The translations under genes and the position numbers were made by a program. The notes below the pieces were generated by a model, which saw only the letters and a list, made by a program, of their open reading frames with translations, ran no database searches and was not told the origin of the DNA. A DNA stretch of 64,000 nt from an uncultured Nitrososphaeraceae archaeon (GTDB lineage: Archaea > Thermoproteota > Nitrososphaeria > Nitrososphaerales > Nitrososphaeraceae): assembly GCA_963779615.1 (NCBI GenBank), contig CAVZZA010000003.1, forward strand, positions 640,001 through 704,000, in the 5' to 3' direction. Below are positions 33,603 through 44,061 of this stretch, piece after piece (position 1 is the stretch's first letter; each line of letters starts with the position of its first letter).

Positions 33603-35276
33603 TTACTTTATCATCATAAAGTAAGGGTCAACATCATAATAGTTTTTACCCGTAATCACATATGCGCCAATATCCCACCTATATCCTGGATCCCCTTCTA
33701 CATGAGCTTTTGTGGTAAAAAAGTCCCCGAAATTGTAATCATATGTATTCTCCTCATTTTTCACGGGTAACGGAAATGTACTATTAATTATCTGCATCAT
33801 GTCCCACTTATTGCTAGTGTTGTTAAATACCCCAAAGGCATGATTAAAGTATGTTTTATTAAAAAGATCGGGTTTATCCATGTCAATATAATAAGCACTC
33901 GCACCAAGATCTCCGTTGACAGCAGGGGAAGCAGCTCCAAATGTCCATGGCCTATTCTTCTCAGATATAAGATATTTCCTTTCGTATGGATCTTTTTTAC
34001 CAAGGTGAAAAGTCGCAGAGTCTACATACGGTATCCATGTTGTTCCATTATCAAAAGATCCCAATGCATTCCACATAAAGTTAATTGAGTTCCCTAGCAT
34101 CCACGCACTTCGTATACGGCTATCTGTGTTGGCTTTACACCACCAGGTTTCGAGATTTGGGTGACACATTTTAGGATCGTTAATGGCGGTCCACGGTGAA
34201 ATCGGTTTACTAATATTGATAGGAGCCGACAGATCGTTGTACCAAAAATACAATTTCATCGAACTTTCGTTTAATAATTGAGCGCCAAAACTCATAGGGT
34301 TTGAAGCACCATTTACTGGAGTTATCTGCTTAACACCCCTATCTAACACTACTTCATAATTAAAGACTCTGGTTGGATTGTCTATTGAATTTGCTAAATC
34401 ATCTAAAGAAAATCGTGTTATCAATCCATACTGTTTCCCTTCGTTTAAATCATAAACAGTAGTTGTCAAATAATAGAATTTATCGGTTACTGTAGTATCA
34501 GGATAGTCCAAATAAGATCTAGTAACATGGGCATTGTTTAACACAGAGGTAGAAATCAGGTCAAATACCACCCAGTTATGAGTATCTTTTGATACTGCCA
34601 ATCTTTCAATATTAGAAGGGGCACCAGCAAATAATACTGGGACACTTTGGCGAACCCACAAATAAATTTTATGGTGGGAATCATATTCAATGTGTTGGTC
34701 AGCCTTGAATAAAGGTACAATCTCTTCGCTACCCATAGTTGCATTCGATGGAATTGACTGTATCCCCTTAAAATCAAAATTAGGATCGACAGGTTGCCAA
34801 TCGTCTTTATCCATTATTCTACCAGTATAATGATTCCCGGCATAAAAGACAAGACTGCCGTTGCTTGCAAAGGTTGGCTCACCCACATTATCAAAGTCTT
34901 TATGAATATTCGAATCAGAATTAATCTTGTATTTCCATATTTTAGAATTATTTAATACTTTAAGGTTAACTGTTGAAGGTAAACTATTTTTTGTTAATAC
35001 ATTGTTTGGCAAACTAGAATTACTAGCCTCTAATTCCTCATTGCTAGAGTTACCCGTATTGGATGTGCTATTACTAGGATCAAAATCTAAAGGTTCAAAA
35101 CATGTTCTGAGTTGTGAACCATCCTCACTTTGGGAATAGGAAAAATTGCACATAGGCGCTGCAATTACCGTATAATGCTCAATTGCTTCAACCAGCGTAA
35201 CATTAATACTAACTAGAGTTAAAAAAACAAGCCCTATAAAAAAATAAATTGGCAATAGGATGAAGATATTTCTCAT
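33603..35276 (-). CDS. large secreted protein, probable beta-propeller-like
   Basis: Signal peptide, Ser/Asn linker, beta-rich Trp/Tyr-rich body (VGEPTFAS, DQHIEYD, LDYP, NFGDF). Confidence 0.8.
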   Translation of the reverse strand: MRNIFILLPIYFFIGLVFLTLVSINVTLVEAIEHYTVIAAPMCNFSYSQSEDGSQLRTCFEPLDFDPSNSTSNTGNSSNEELEASNSSLPNNVLTKNSLPSTVNLKVLNNSKIWKYKINSDSNIHKDFDNVGEPTFASNGSLVFYAGNHYTGRIMDKDDWQPVDPNFDFKGIQSIPSNATMGSEEIVPLFKADQHIEYDSHHKIYLWVRQSVPVLFAGAPSNIERLAVSKDTHNWVVFDLISTSVLNNAHVTRSYLDYPDTTVTDKFYYLTTTVYDLNEGKQYGLITRFSLDDLANSIDNPTRVFNYEVVLDRGVKQITPVNGASNPMSFGAQLLNESSMKLYFWYNDLSAPINISKPISPWTAINDPKMCHPNLETWWCKANTDSRIRSAWMLGNSINFMWNALGSFDNGTTWIPYVDSATFHLGKKDPYERKYLISEKNRPWTFGAASPAVNGDLGASAYYIDMDKPDLFNKTYFNHAFGVFNNTSNKWDMMQIINSTFPLPVKNEENTYDYNFGDFFTTKAHVEGDPGYRWDIGAYVITGKNYYDVDPYFMMIK

Positions 35277-35321
35277 ATTATTGGGACACTAGTCCGAAAA
35301 AATTCTATTGGAGTATATTAT

Positions 35322-35816
35322 TTAGTGGCCTTCCATCTCTCCAGTGGCTTCAGCATTTACACTATTCGTATAAACCATAATTTTGTTCTTTGTACCATCA
35401 TTATAATAGAAACCAAAAAGTCCTTCTATTCTTTGTGTATCAATTTCTCTAGAAACACCAGCAGGATCACAATTTACGAATGCATTATTTACAATTCGTC
35501 CAGTAAGCATTTTTATTTTATTAGTTACAGCCACTGTAGCGATAGTTATAGTTATCTCACTTCCGGTCGCATTTGAATAGAGCCACATATTATTTAATTG
35601 TCTATTGTCATAAAGACCAGCAGCAATTATTTGTGGCGCGTTATCAATAAGAGCATCACCAGCAGCAGGATCAATTGCAGTACCGTTTTTATCAAAACTA
35701 AGAAAATAAACACCTGGAGGTTTTGAACTATTTGGAACTTGGCGTCTCTCAAATGCAATAAAGGCTCTATCTTGAGCATCTCTTGCTGCAATTTTAAAAA
35801 TATTATTTACAACCAT
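35322..35816 (-). CDS. hypothetical protein (164 aa), co-oriented upstream of the secreted 557-aa gene
   Basis: ATG ORF with aaaaag-cttaaata BRE/TATA upstream; 45-bp gap to the next gene. Confidence 0.75.
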   Translation of the reverse strand: MVVNNIFKIAARDAQDRAFIAFERRQVPNSSKPPGVYFLSFDKNGTAIDPAAGDALIDNAPQIIAAGLYDNRQLNNMWLYSNATGSEITITIATVAVTNKIKMLTGRIVNNAFVNCDPAGVSREIDTQRIEGLFGFYYNDGTKNKIMVYTNSVNAEATGEMEGH

Positions 35817-36547
35817 GACATTTCATTTCTTTGGATTTTATTTAAGCTTTTTGTATTTTAAATAAAATTTTAATGAAGTAATACCAAAAATTGTTTTTTG
35901 TGTTTCATCTCCATATTTTTCCTATGCGTGATCCTGTAACCCACTTTAAATTTAAATTTCATTTTTTAATAACAGAAAACAATTTTTAATTATGAATTTG
36001 CTAATTAAAAATTATCAAAGAAAAAATGAAATAATATTTGGTTGGATAGATAAAATCTATTTGAAAACATCAAACCAATAATCATTTTTGATCCGTTGAC
36101 ATTAATATTCAGCCGACATTGATAAGACATCTCCAAAAACGAGTTATGCACATTTTCTTGATTCAACGGATTTTGAACAAAAGAAAAACTGAAATAGGGA
36201 AGCATGTGAAAAGTAAAGATATAGTGTTCATTATCAATCCAAGTCGGCCATTGGAACCTCATTTATCAACCATATCACACAAACAAACATAGAGAATAGC
36301 AAAATCGCTTGAGAGGGTCTAGCAAACCATCACACATAAAAAAATATGCAAAAAAATATAATCAATCTACAACAGCGATAGGAATGAAAGATCAGTCAAT
36401 CAATTGATTAGACAAATTATGCAATAAATCAAAAAATAATGCTTTTTGTCAAAACTTATTTGTATCCATTAAAACATTGGGCCTAATTGATAATGCGATA
36501 CGGTTCAAAAGCTATATCAATGGTAACTATAGCATTAAATTGGGTAA

Positions 36548-38003
36548 TTGGAAGAAAGAATAAGTAAAGACGCCTGGATTTCTTTGGTAATACTAAGCTC
36601 AATTGCGCTCATAACTATGTATGGGGAGACAATGCTCATACCCGCAATCCCCGATCTTGTAAAAGATTTTGAAATTCCATACAATACATCCTCATGGATA
36701 CTTACAGTGTATTTGATTACAGGTGCAGTGATGACGCCTATTGTGGGCAAATTATCCGACATCCATGGAAAGAAAAAAGTATTGTTGATAATTATGGTGA
36801 TCTATTCAATTGGCACTTTGCTAGGTGGAATATCCACAAATATCATGACTATGGTAGTTTCAAGGATAATCCAAGGAATTGGTATCGCAATGTTTCCTGT
36901 AGCTTTTGGAATTATCCGGGAGAAGTTTCCTGAAAAAAAGCTTGCAATAGGACAGGGAATATTCACCTCGGTATTTGCAGCAGGTTCAGTGGTAGGTCTT
37001 GGACTAGGAGCAGCCATTGTTGAACATTTTGGTTGGCGTATGACTTTTCTGTCAATCATACCATTTGCAGTTATTTTGCTGTTTATAATAAAAAAATTTG
37101 TTCACATCATATCAGAAAGACTAGCATTAAAAACGGAAAACGGGGACATTGATGTTAAAGGAACAATAACATTAATTGTGATGCTATCCTCATTTCTGGT
37201 TGCACTAACGTTATTACCTGGACTGATAACGGGTAACGAGAATAATAATAATTATAGTTTGCTGCATACCATTGCGTTATTCGCTTTATCATCTGCCTTA
37301 TTACCCACATTCATTTCAATCCAAAAAAAGTCCAAATCTCCTTTAATTAATTTACAATTGCTAAAAGATGCAGTTCTTCTTCCAACCAATATTTTGATAA
37401 TGACAATCGGCATTTCCATATTAATAATATATCAATCCTTACCGATACTGATACAAAGTCCCCATCCACTTGGCTTTGGAGGTGGTCCGGTTGAAGCTGC
37501 AAGCGTACAGCTTCCATTTATGATACTAACGTTGATAGTGTCTGTATCCTCGGGGTTTCTCATATCAAAGATTGGAAACATAAAACCAACAATAATGGGA
37601 TGTATAATAAGGTACTGTTGGATTTTTTTTGCTTTTCATCTACCATTCAAATGAATTTCTAATAGCTGTAGAATTGGCTGTTGTCGCCATTGGGCTATCC
37701 TTTGCCGAAATAGGTGCTTTTAACATTGTGCTGGTGTCAACACCACCGCATTTGAGTGGAACCTCACTGGGAATTACCATGCTATTGTTCCTTATAGGCA
37801 TGTCAGTTGGCCCCGCCATATCTGGAATTTATTTGGAGAGTTTTAAGTCGTCAATCAAAGGTATTGATGGGCATTATCCATCTAATTTCTCATATGACAT
37901 GATTTTTCTCACTGCTGTTATAATATCTATATTCTCAATAACTCTTACAATAATAGTAACAAAAAAAATGTCACCTGTGATTTCGCAGAAAAACCAATAT
38001 TAA
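36548..38003 (+). pseudogene. MFS transporter (DHA2-like) with a single frameshift near 37611
   Basis: ORFs 36548..37654 and 37629..38003 together align with the intact paralog 45363..47039 (GKLSDIHGKKK motif A); one extra base after GCII. May be an assembly error. Confidence 0.8.
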
Positions 38004-39264
38004 TTATGTAGGCATAAATTTTTTTTTCCAAATGATAAAATAAAGTAATTTATTTAATAAAATTAAAAATGTTTTGTCACTGTATTCTACATTAAGCCAT
38101 TTTTGGGAACAGAAAATTTCAAAAGAACAGAAGGAGCATCATCTTTGTATACCCCTTATTTCATCCTTTTTTTAGCAATATCTGCTGGGACGAATATTTA
38201 TATGAATTCTTTTATGGACCAAAATATTCTCGTTCTGATCATTCCTTCTCAATAGCATGATCTTTAAAATAAGATCTTTTTTCGGTAATTATTTATCTAG
38301 ATTTGGTACAGGCAGTCAAATATCACAATATTAAAAAATATTTTCAAAATTGAAGATTCATTAGCAAAAGGAAGTCTTTTAAAGGCAATGAATATCCCCG
38401 GTAATGCATTTTTGCTATTTATAGTCTTTGAATCTATTACTAATCTCTCCACATTTTTTATGTGACACAATTCACCTCAAATTTTCTGTATGCCATCACA
38501 TATGCAAGCCGGTGCTTCCAACTGTAATACCCATACAACATTCATGCTCCCCTGATGCTTTTTTTCAGGTGGTCTTTATGCAACTATTCTATCCATTTTA
38601 TGGTTTTGCAGTCAATATGCTGGGGAATTTACGTTTATAGATAAAATCCTCGATAATTATCTCATTGTGTTTTAACCTTTCATAACCTCCGTATTCTTAA
38701 TTTGAAATTTTACTTTCTTAAAATAATCATTTTTTACTTGAATTCATACTATCTTTACATTATCCTGTCGGATTCAGTGTCAAAATCCAAATTTATTTAT
38801 ATATATGTACAAATACAATACATATTTTCCACAATGAAAAATGCTAATAGAATATCCTAACATTTTTTATGTATTCCCTTTTATTGTATCAAATGTAGCA
38901 TAGCAATAGTCTTGATAACTATTATGTTTATTCTTCAATCAGTACTATTGGTGCCCAGTGGCATCTAGAACTATACTCAAATCTTTGTTATCAAAAAATG
39001 TAATCGTAAAACCCGGAGACAATTTATTTAAGAAAATGGCCATACCCGATTTTCTATTATATCTATTATTATTGAAATTACCGTAGAGACAATAAATAAA
39101 TCATATCTCTAACAAGACACAGTCATAACTGAATCCAGTTTAAATTTATGCTGTTAATAAAGTTTTAAGTTAATCCTACCAATTTGTTTTTTTCTTTAGG
39201 ATGTTTCTAACTAGACTAGGACTAGTAGCCCTCCAATTATTTCTATGCCATAATGGCACGTTCT

Positions 39265-40619
39265 TTATCTTTCTTTATTTATTTCCTTTAACACATCATC
39301 CGCATAATGTTTTGCCTCGTCTGCTGAGAGTGATGGTTTTATCCCAGTTTGTTCAGTTATAGCCTCTGTCAGACTTATGACCTTTCTCTCTAATTCCTGA
39401 TGCATCTGAGTGTACCTAGGCTGTCAAGCAACTTTGTCTCATCCAATATAGTTCTCTTTATTTCACGGCGTAACTCAGAATCCTGTGCCACTGTTACGGC
39501 GGAGTTCAACAGTCCAACCAAGAGTAGGAATGCAGATAGTGGCACGAAAGAGATGCTAATAAGCCCAAATGGAGGAATTCCTGCAGCGGCCACTGTAGAG
39601 TTAGCCGCAATAAAATAAAATACTATGCCATATGCAGCTGCAAACATATACTCTCTTATACTGCGAGAAGTTTTTACAAGCCGTCCTACAGATCGAAAGC
39701 CAATACCATTTAGGGTTCCAAGGAAGGTTGTAAATACGATAATAAGGAACATCTCTATTGCAGGTGTTTCTGTTTTACTAATAGTTGAGCTCATTTGATA
39801 CAACTCGTCATAAGCGGAAATATATATAACATAAAAAGTAATTATAGGCACGGTTATGAGAAACCAAAATAATGGTTTTCCTACCCTTTTAATATTGTAG
39901 CGTAGAAGAACTATACTTCCACACCACATCAAAATGATGTAGGCGAATTGGGAATATGTTTGGAAATTAATGATAAAACACTTGAATGGATTTTTATCAC
40001 ACTCAAAATTGAATTCAACAGCAGAATCCCCTGTAAACATCAGGGGCTTTTCTACTAATAACTGCTCAAACAAAATGGCAGAACCTATTGCATTAATGGT
40101 AAAGCATGTGGCAGCTAGTCCATAGATCAAGATTATGGGAGATTTCTTTATTTTAAACCACCTGAGCAATTTACATGCAAGAAAACCCATTAATACAGAA
40201 GTAAAACCATAAGCGATTATAACAACTGCCGATATCATATGAATATAATATTGTGAGTAAATATAGATCTGTAAAATGCTTACAACAACAAGGCCAGTTA
40301 AAAGATACAAAACCATCGTCATTGCTTTTTGTAATAGGATAATTTGTGAGTCTTTTACTTTATATTCAGATAATCGTGCTTTGGTTATGGATAAAATGAT
40401 ATACTGACCTAAAAAACATAATATAGCAATAACAGAAAATGATAATACTCCCAATGACGAGGAGGCGTGTAGTTTGAATGTATCGAGGGCACTGCTAATA
40501 TAGTAGTCGACTAGAAGCGCAGCCAAGATAATTAATGAAATTACAAAAAATCTTCTGCTGTCATAGTGTAAAGAACATATATTACCAAGATAGCGATTGT
40601 GAAAGATCAAATTCACCAT
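39265..40619 (-). pseudogene. polytopic membrane protein of unknown function, paralog 2, with a 1-bp frameshift near 39411
   Basis: IPPFGL..LLLVGLLNSA..DSELR, LLDSLGT; the shifted frame restores QMHQELERKV..EQTGIKPSLSADEAKHYADDVLKEINKER*, matching the tails of paralogs 1 and 3. Confidence 0.8.
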
Positions 40620-40690
40620 TACCTGAGTACGACTTGACTTATCATATGATTAAAAGATATTGGTTGAACACCGATTAATATATAATAACT

Positions 40691-41511
40691 GAGTCTATCC
40701 CAAAATTCTATGGAATTATAGCTTGTTTTGATCACTGCTAAAGTGTGCCTGTTTCCAAAAGGAGAGGGATAAAAAGGATGATTGCACTATACTCAATATT
40801 CCAGGAGAACTATAGGATGAAATATAAATCATTTTACCAAAGGAGAAACCGCCTAAACAATAGGCCGACCAATCATACCCTTCAGAAAAGTAATTGATGG
40901 TGTCCTATACATCCTAAGAACTGAATGTCAGTGGAAGTTGCTGCCTGCAGAGATGGCTCTGGTTTCACATGTCACAGAAGATTTCAGGAGTGGGTCGGGT
41001 TAGACTTTTCAAAAAGGTGTGGAGTAGAGAAGCAAACTGGGCACAAAAAGGCATATTTTAGCGGCTACAAAGGAATCCCACTCTCAGTTGTCATGTCTTC
41101 CGCAAGCACTCATGATATAAAAATGGTAACAGATGTAATGGATAATATAATTATCAAACGATCATCATCATTAACAAAACATAACTTATACAGAATAAGA
41201 AAACTACAACACCTATGACTTGATAAGGCGTACGATTCCAAGACAGCAAAACAGGAAATCATCAGCCAAGGATATGTGCCACATTTACCGTACAGGAGAA
41301 AAAGAGGGGAAGTCAAGACAGAAACACAAAAGATGTCAAATCGAAAAAAAACACCTTGCTAGAAGGTTGGTTGTGGAAAGAACCAACTCATGGCACAATC
41401 GATTTAGAAAACTGTACACAAGATATGAAAAGAAAGTAGGGAATTATCTTGGCTTGGTACAGTTCTCATGTTGTATCATCATCTACAGAAAGATGATTTT
41501 GGGATTAGGCT
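40691..41511 (+). mobile_element. IS5-family insertion sequence, degenerate (same type as 11819..12754)
   Basis: Ends GAGTCTATCCCAAAAT / ATTTTGGGATTAGGC; fragments TCHRRFQEW, GIPLSVVMSSASTHD, VVERTNSWHNRFRKL. Confidence 0.85.
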
Positions 41512-42300
41512 AAGTCATCATCCCAATCTTTATGATAGAATTCAATGATAGAATTCAATGAAGATTTACAAACGTGTCATTTTTATTTTATTATCTGATA
41601 TGCATTATTAGTTAGAGGCATTAAGCAGAAAGATGCTCTTTTAGGTTATACTTAATGAATGACATAATTCGTAATTACAGAAGTAATGTCTTTGTATTTG
41701 CATTTCTACTACCATAAGTAAAGTATATGGATCTTTAATTATTGGAATTAGTTAATATCGCCATAGAAGAAAATCATTACACACATTTAAAATATCAATA
41801 GAAATCCAACCTGTGTTTTATAAAATCCTATGAATAGCAAATAGATATCAGTCGTAAATAGAATTTGTATGTTCTCTCCTGAAGGTCCAAAATTAATTTT
41901 CCATCCTAAAAATCCGTGCATCAGTGGACAAGTAATTTATAACAGGATCTACACTAACAAATTGCATATCCTGCTTTCTTTCCCAATAAGCAAATCTGTA
42001 CTCATTGTTTTCCAAATCCAGATGATGTGTTTTTAAATCTACATACATATTCTCCCAATATTTTAAATATTAAATTTGAGATAAAGAAGGATTGATTGAA
42101 CCAACAATTGTGAGCTTGGCTAATAATGCCCTACTATACCATTTGCGAATTTGAACGATAATTCACCGTTTGGTAAAATCTAGTTCATTCATTCTACTTA
42201 TAACGGAAGCTTACCGAATCCTACTTCTTTTTGATCTAATCCTTTAACTACCATAAAGATTCCACAATTTTCCCAATTATTTTCGCAAACCAAATACCGC

Positions 42301-43425
42301 CTAATGAGAATTGGAATTCGATTCAGAAGACATTGTAGACTCTATTAAATCAACCAATGCTTTGGTTATTGGAAGGTTCGTTTGTCGTTCTATCCACACC
42401 CAGTCTCCCGTGGGGTTGACCTCCAAGAAATAGGGTTTTTCATTTACATCCAGTATAAAGTCAATGGCACCATATTTGAGACCGAGCAGTCTAATGAATC
42501 GGACACAGATTGAGTGAAATTCCTTTTGGAGATGGACAGGCCTCTTATGGAGCTGTGAAATGGGGTAACGATGTAAAACATCTCCACCTTTAGCCCCTGA
42601 TTCAAATTTTATCTCACTTGCAAATACTTTATCATCCACTACTGTTACTCTCAATTCAGAGGTTTTATGTATTCTTTCTTGTAGTATACAAGGAGCGTGA
42701 ACTAGATCATTAAATTTCAAGAGGTCGTTGTGATTTAGGACGTGTGTGTAAATGGAATACAACTCACCATTTGTTTCAATATCATGATGATGTAAGACTT
42801 TTACTACCATATTTTCATTACAAGTATGATAAAATCTGGATGCCTCATTTGGGTCATTTGTAATAAGCGTTGATGGAATGTTGAAACCCACGTTCTTTGC
42901 AGAAAGAAGTTGATTTACACGACTACTACTATGATACATGCTATCAAGGCTATTTATCCATGTACATTTCAGTAAACCATACAGGGTTTGCAATGCATCA
43001 TGCCATTGCTGAAAGGCAAATGTGGAATTTAGTTGGCGGCCATCATAACTTTTCAAAGCGAAATCAAAATTGCGTAGCCATACAACTGAAATATCTGACA
43101 CATTTATAACTGAGTCGCCTATTTTAATTTGAAATAGTGGTTCAGAAGCCTGCGATATGTTATAACAGATACTAAAAGAATGAGGTATATCTTCAATGTT
43201 TAAGCGCAGGTAATCAATACCTCGACGGAGAAGTTCGGTACCCACAATATCTGCTTCAAGGTCCATAATACTGCTTAAGATTAACACTTTCGAAGAAAAA
43301 AGACCACATTCAGGAAATATCTTTACCTTTGTGGTCAGGAAATCCCTAAAGTCAGTAGATAACGTTTCTTCGGGTTTTTTTTCAATTTTATCTACAAAGT
43401 GACAAAGAAATGGAATGCCTGGCAA
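42301..43425 (-). CDS. ATP-grasp peptide maturase, graspetide-synthetase (MvdC/MvdD-like) type
   Basis: VLILSS..D.EAD.V, NQLL.A..GFNIPSTLITND, PCILQERI.K..ELRVTVV, YGAIDFI..PYFLEVNPTGDWVWIE..LPITKAL. Confidence 0.85.
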   Translation of the reverse strand: MPGIPFLCHFVDKIEKKPEETLSTDFRDFLTTKVKIFPECGLFSSKVLILSSIMDLEADIVGTELLRRGIDYLRLNIEDIPHSFSICYNISQASEPLFQIKIGDSVINVSDISVVWLRNFDFALKSYDGRQLNSTFAFQQWHDALQTLYGLLKCTWINSLDSMYHSSSRVNQLLSAKNVGFNIPSTLITNDPNEASRFYHTCNENMVVKVLHHHDIETNGELYSIYTHVLNHNDLLKFNDLVHAPCILQERIHKTSELRVTVVDDKVFASEIKFESGAKGGDVLHRYPISQLHKRPVHLQKEFHSICVRFIRLLGLKYGAIDFILDVNEKPYFLEVNPTGDWVWIERQTNLPITKALVDLIESTMSSESNSNSH

Positions 43426-43439
43426 TAGTCAGTCATCAA

Positions 43440-43700
43440 TTAATGGGACTTTTTTCCGGGAGGAGGACAACTACGTCCAGGAGGACCACCATCTGCACCA
43501 ATACCATATTTTATGTTTAGATTCCCTGCTGCCGTTAGGATAGTTTCCTTTTCGTCTCTCAGAAATTGCTTTCCCGCGTCGTCAAGTCCCTGCGCATCAC
43601 TCAAGAACTGATCTATGTCAGTTGCATTCAAATAGTTGTTTCGGTATTGATCGTCAATAAACAATTTTCCTATGATGTTTATGGATTCAAGATTACCCAT
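43440..43700 (-). CDS. putative RiPP precursor peptide (NHLP/Os1348-like leader plus Gly/Pro-rich core)
   Basis: 86 aa, 14 bp upstream of the ATP-grasp gene; IIGKLFIDDQYRNNYL resembles the IGRA..D..FR..L leader motif; tail GADGGPPGRSCPPPGKKSH. Confidence 0.7.
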   Translation of the reverse strand: MGNLESINIIGKLFIDDQYRNNYLNATDIDQFLSDAQGLDDAGKQFLRDEKETILTAAGNLNIKYGIGADGGPPGRSCPPPGKKSH

Positions 43701-43721
43701 GAATATCCGACAAGCACTCCA

Positions 43722-43735
43722 TTATATAGCTTTTT
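43722..43735 (-). promoter_or_regulatory. BRE/TATA promoter of the precursor/ATP-grasp operon (leaderless-type spacing)
   Basis: Minus strand aaaaagc-TATATAA ending about 21 bp before the precursor ATG. Confidence 0.65.
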
Positions 43736-44061
43736 GGCTTAATGCCTCATTTTTTCCTATTGTCTACACTTACTTCGTTATTTTATAACCTTATTGTCTA
43801 ATTCTTCGTTAGTTCCGCTACACATATATCTTCAAATAACTTGCGCCTATACAGTAACTACCGAAAAAACGCCTTAAAGATCGCTCAATAGAGACAGGAA
43901 TAACAGTATTGGAAAGATCACAAAGTAAAAAATAATGATGTTTCAACAAAATAGGCGTTAGCGGACTAATGGACAAAACGCTGTCTAAAGCGAAGTATTT
44001 TGCGGAGTTAAAGAAAGACAGGTTAAGAATGACTAGAGAGCACATAGCTTTTAAATAATAA

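Noticed and set aside
38100-38700. Possible decayed gene on the minus strand
   Set aside because: Fragments are too short and stop-ridden to assign any family.
41532-41560. 13-bp tandem duplication (atgatagaattca x2) next to the IS end
   Set aside because: Local slippage. It is not positioned as a target-site duplication on both sides of the element.
30392-43700. Several genes in the islands end in His (EDIH, EMEGH, KKSH, SNSH)
   Set aside because: No further shared motif, so probably coincidence.
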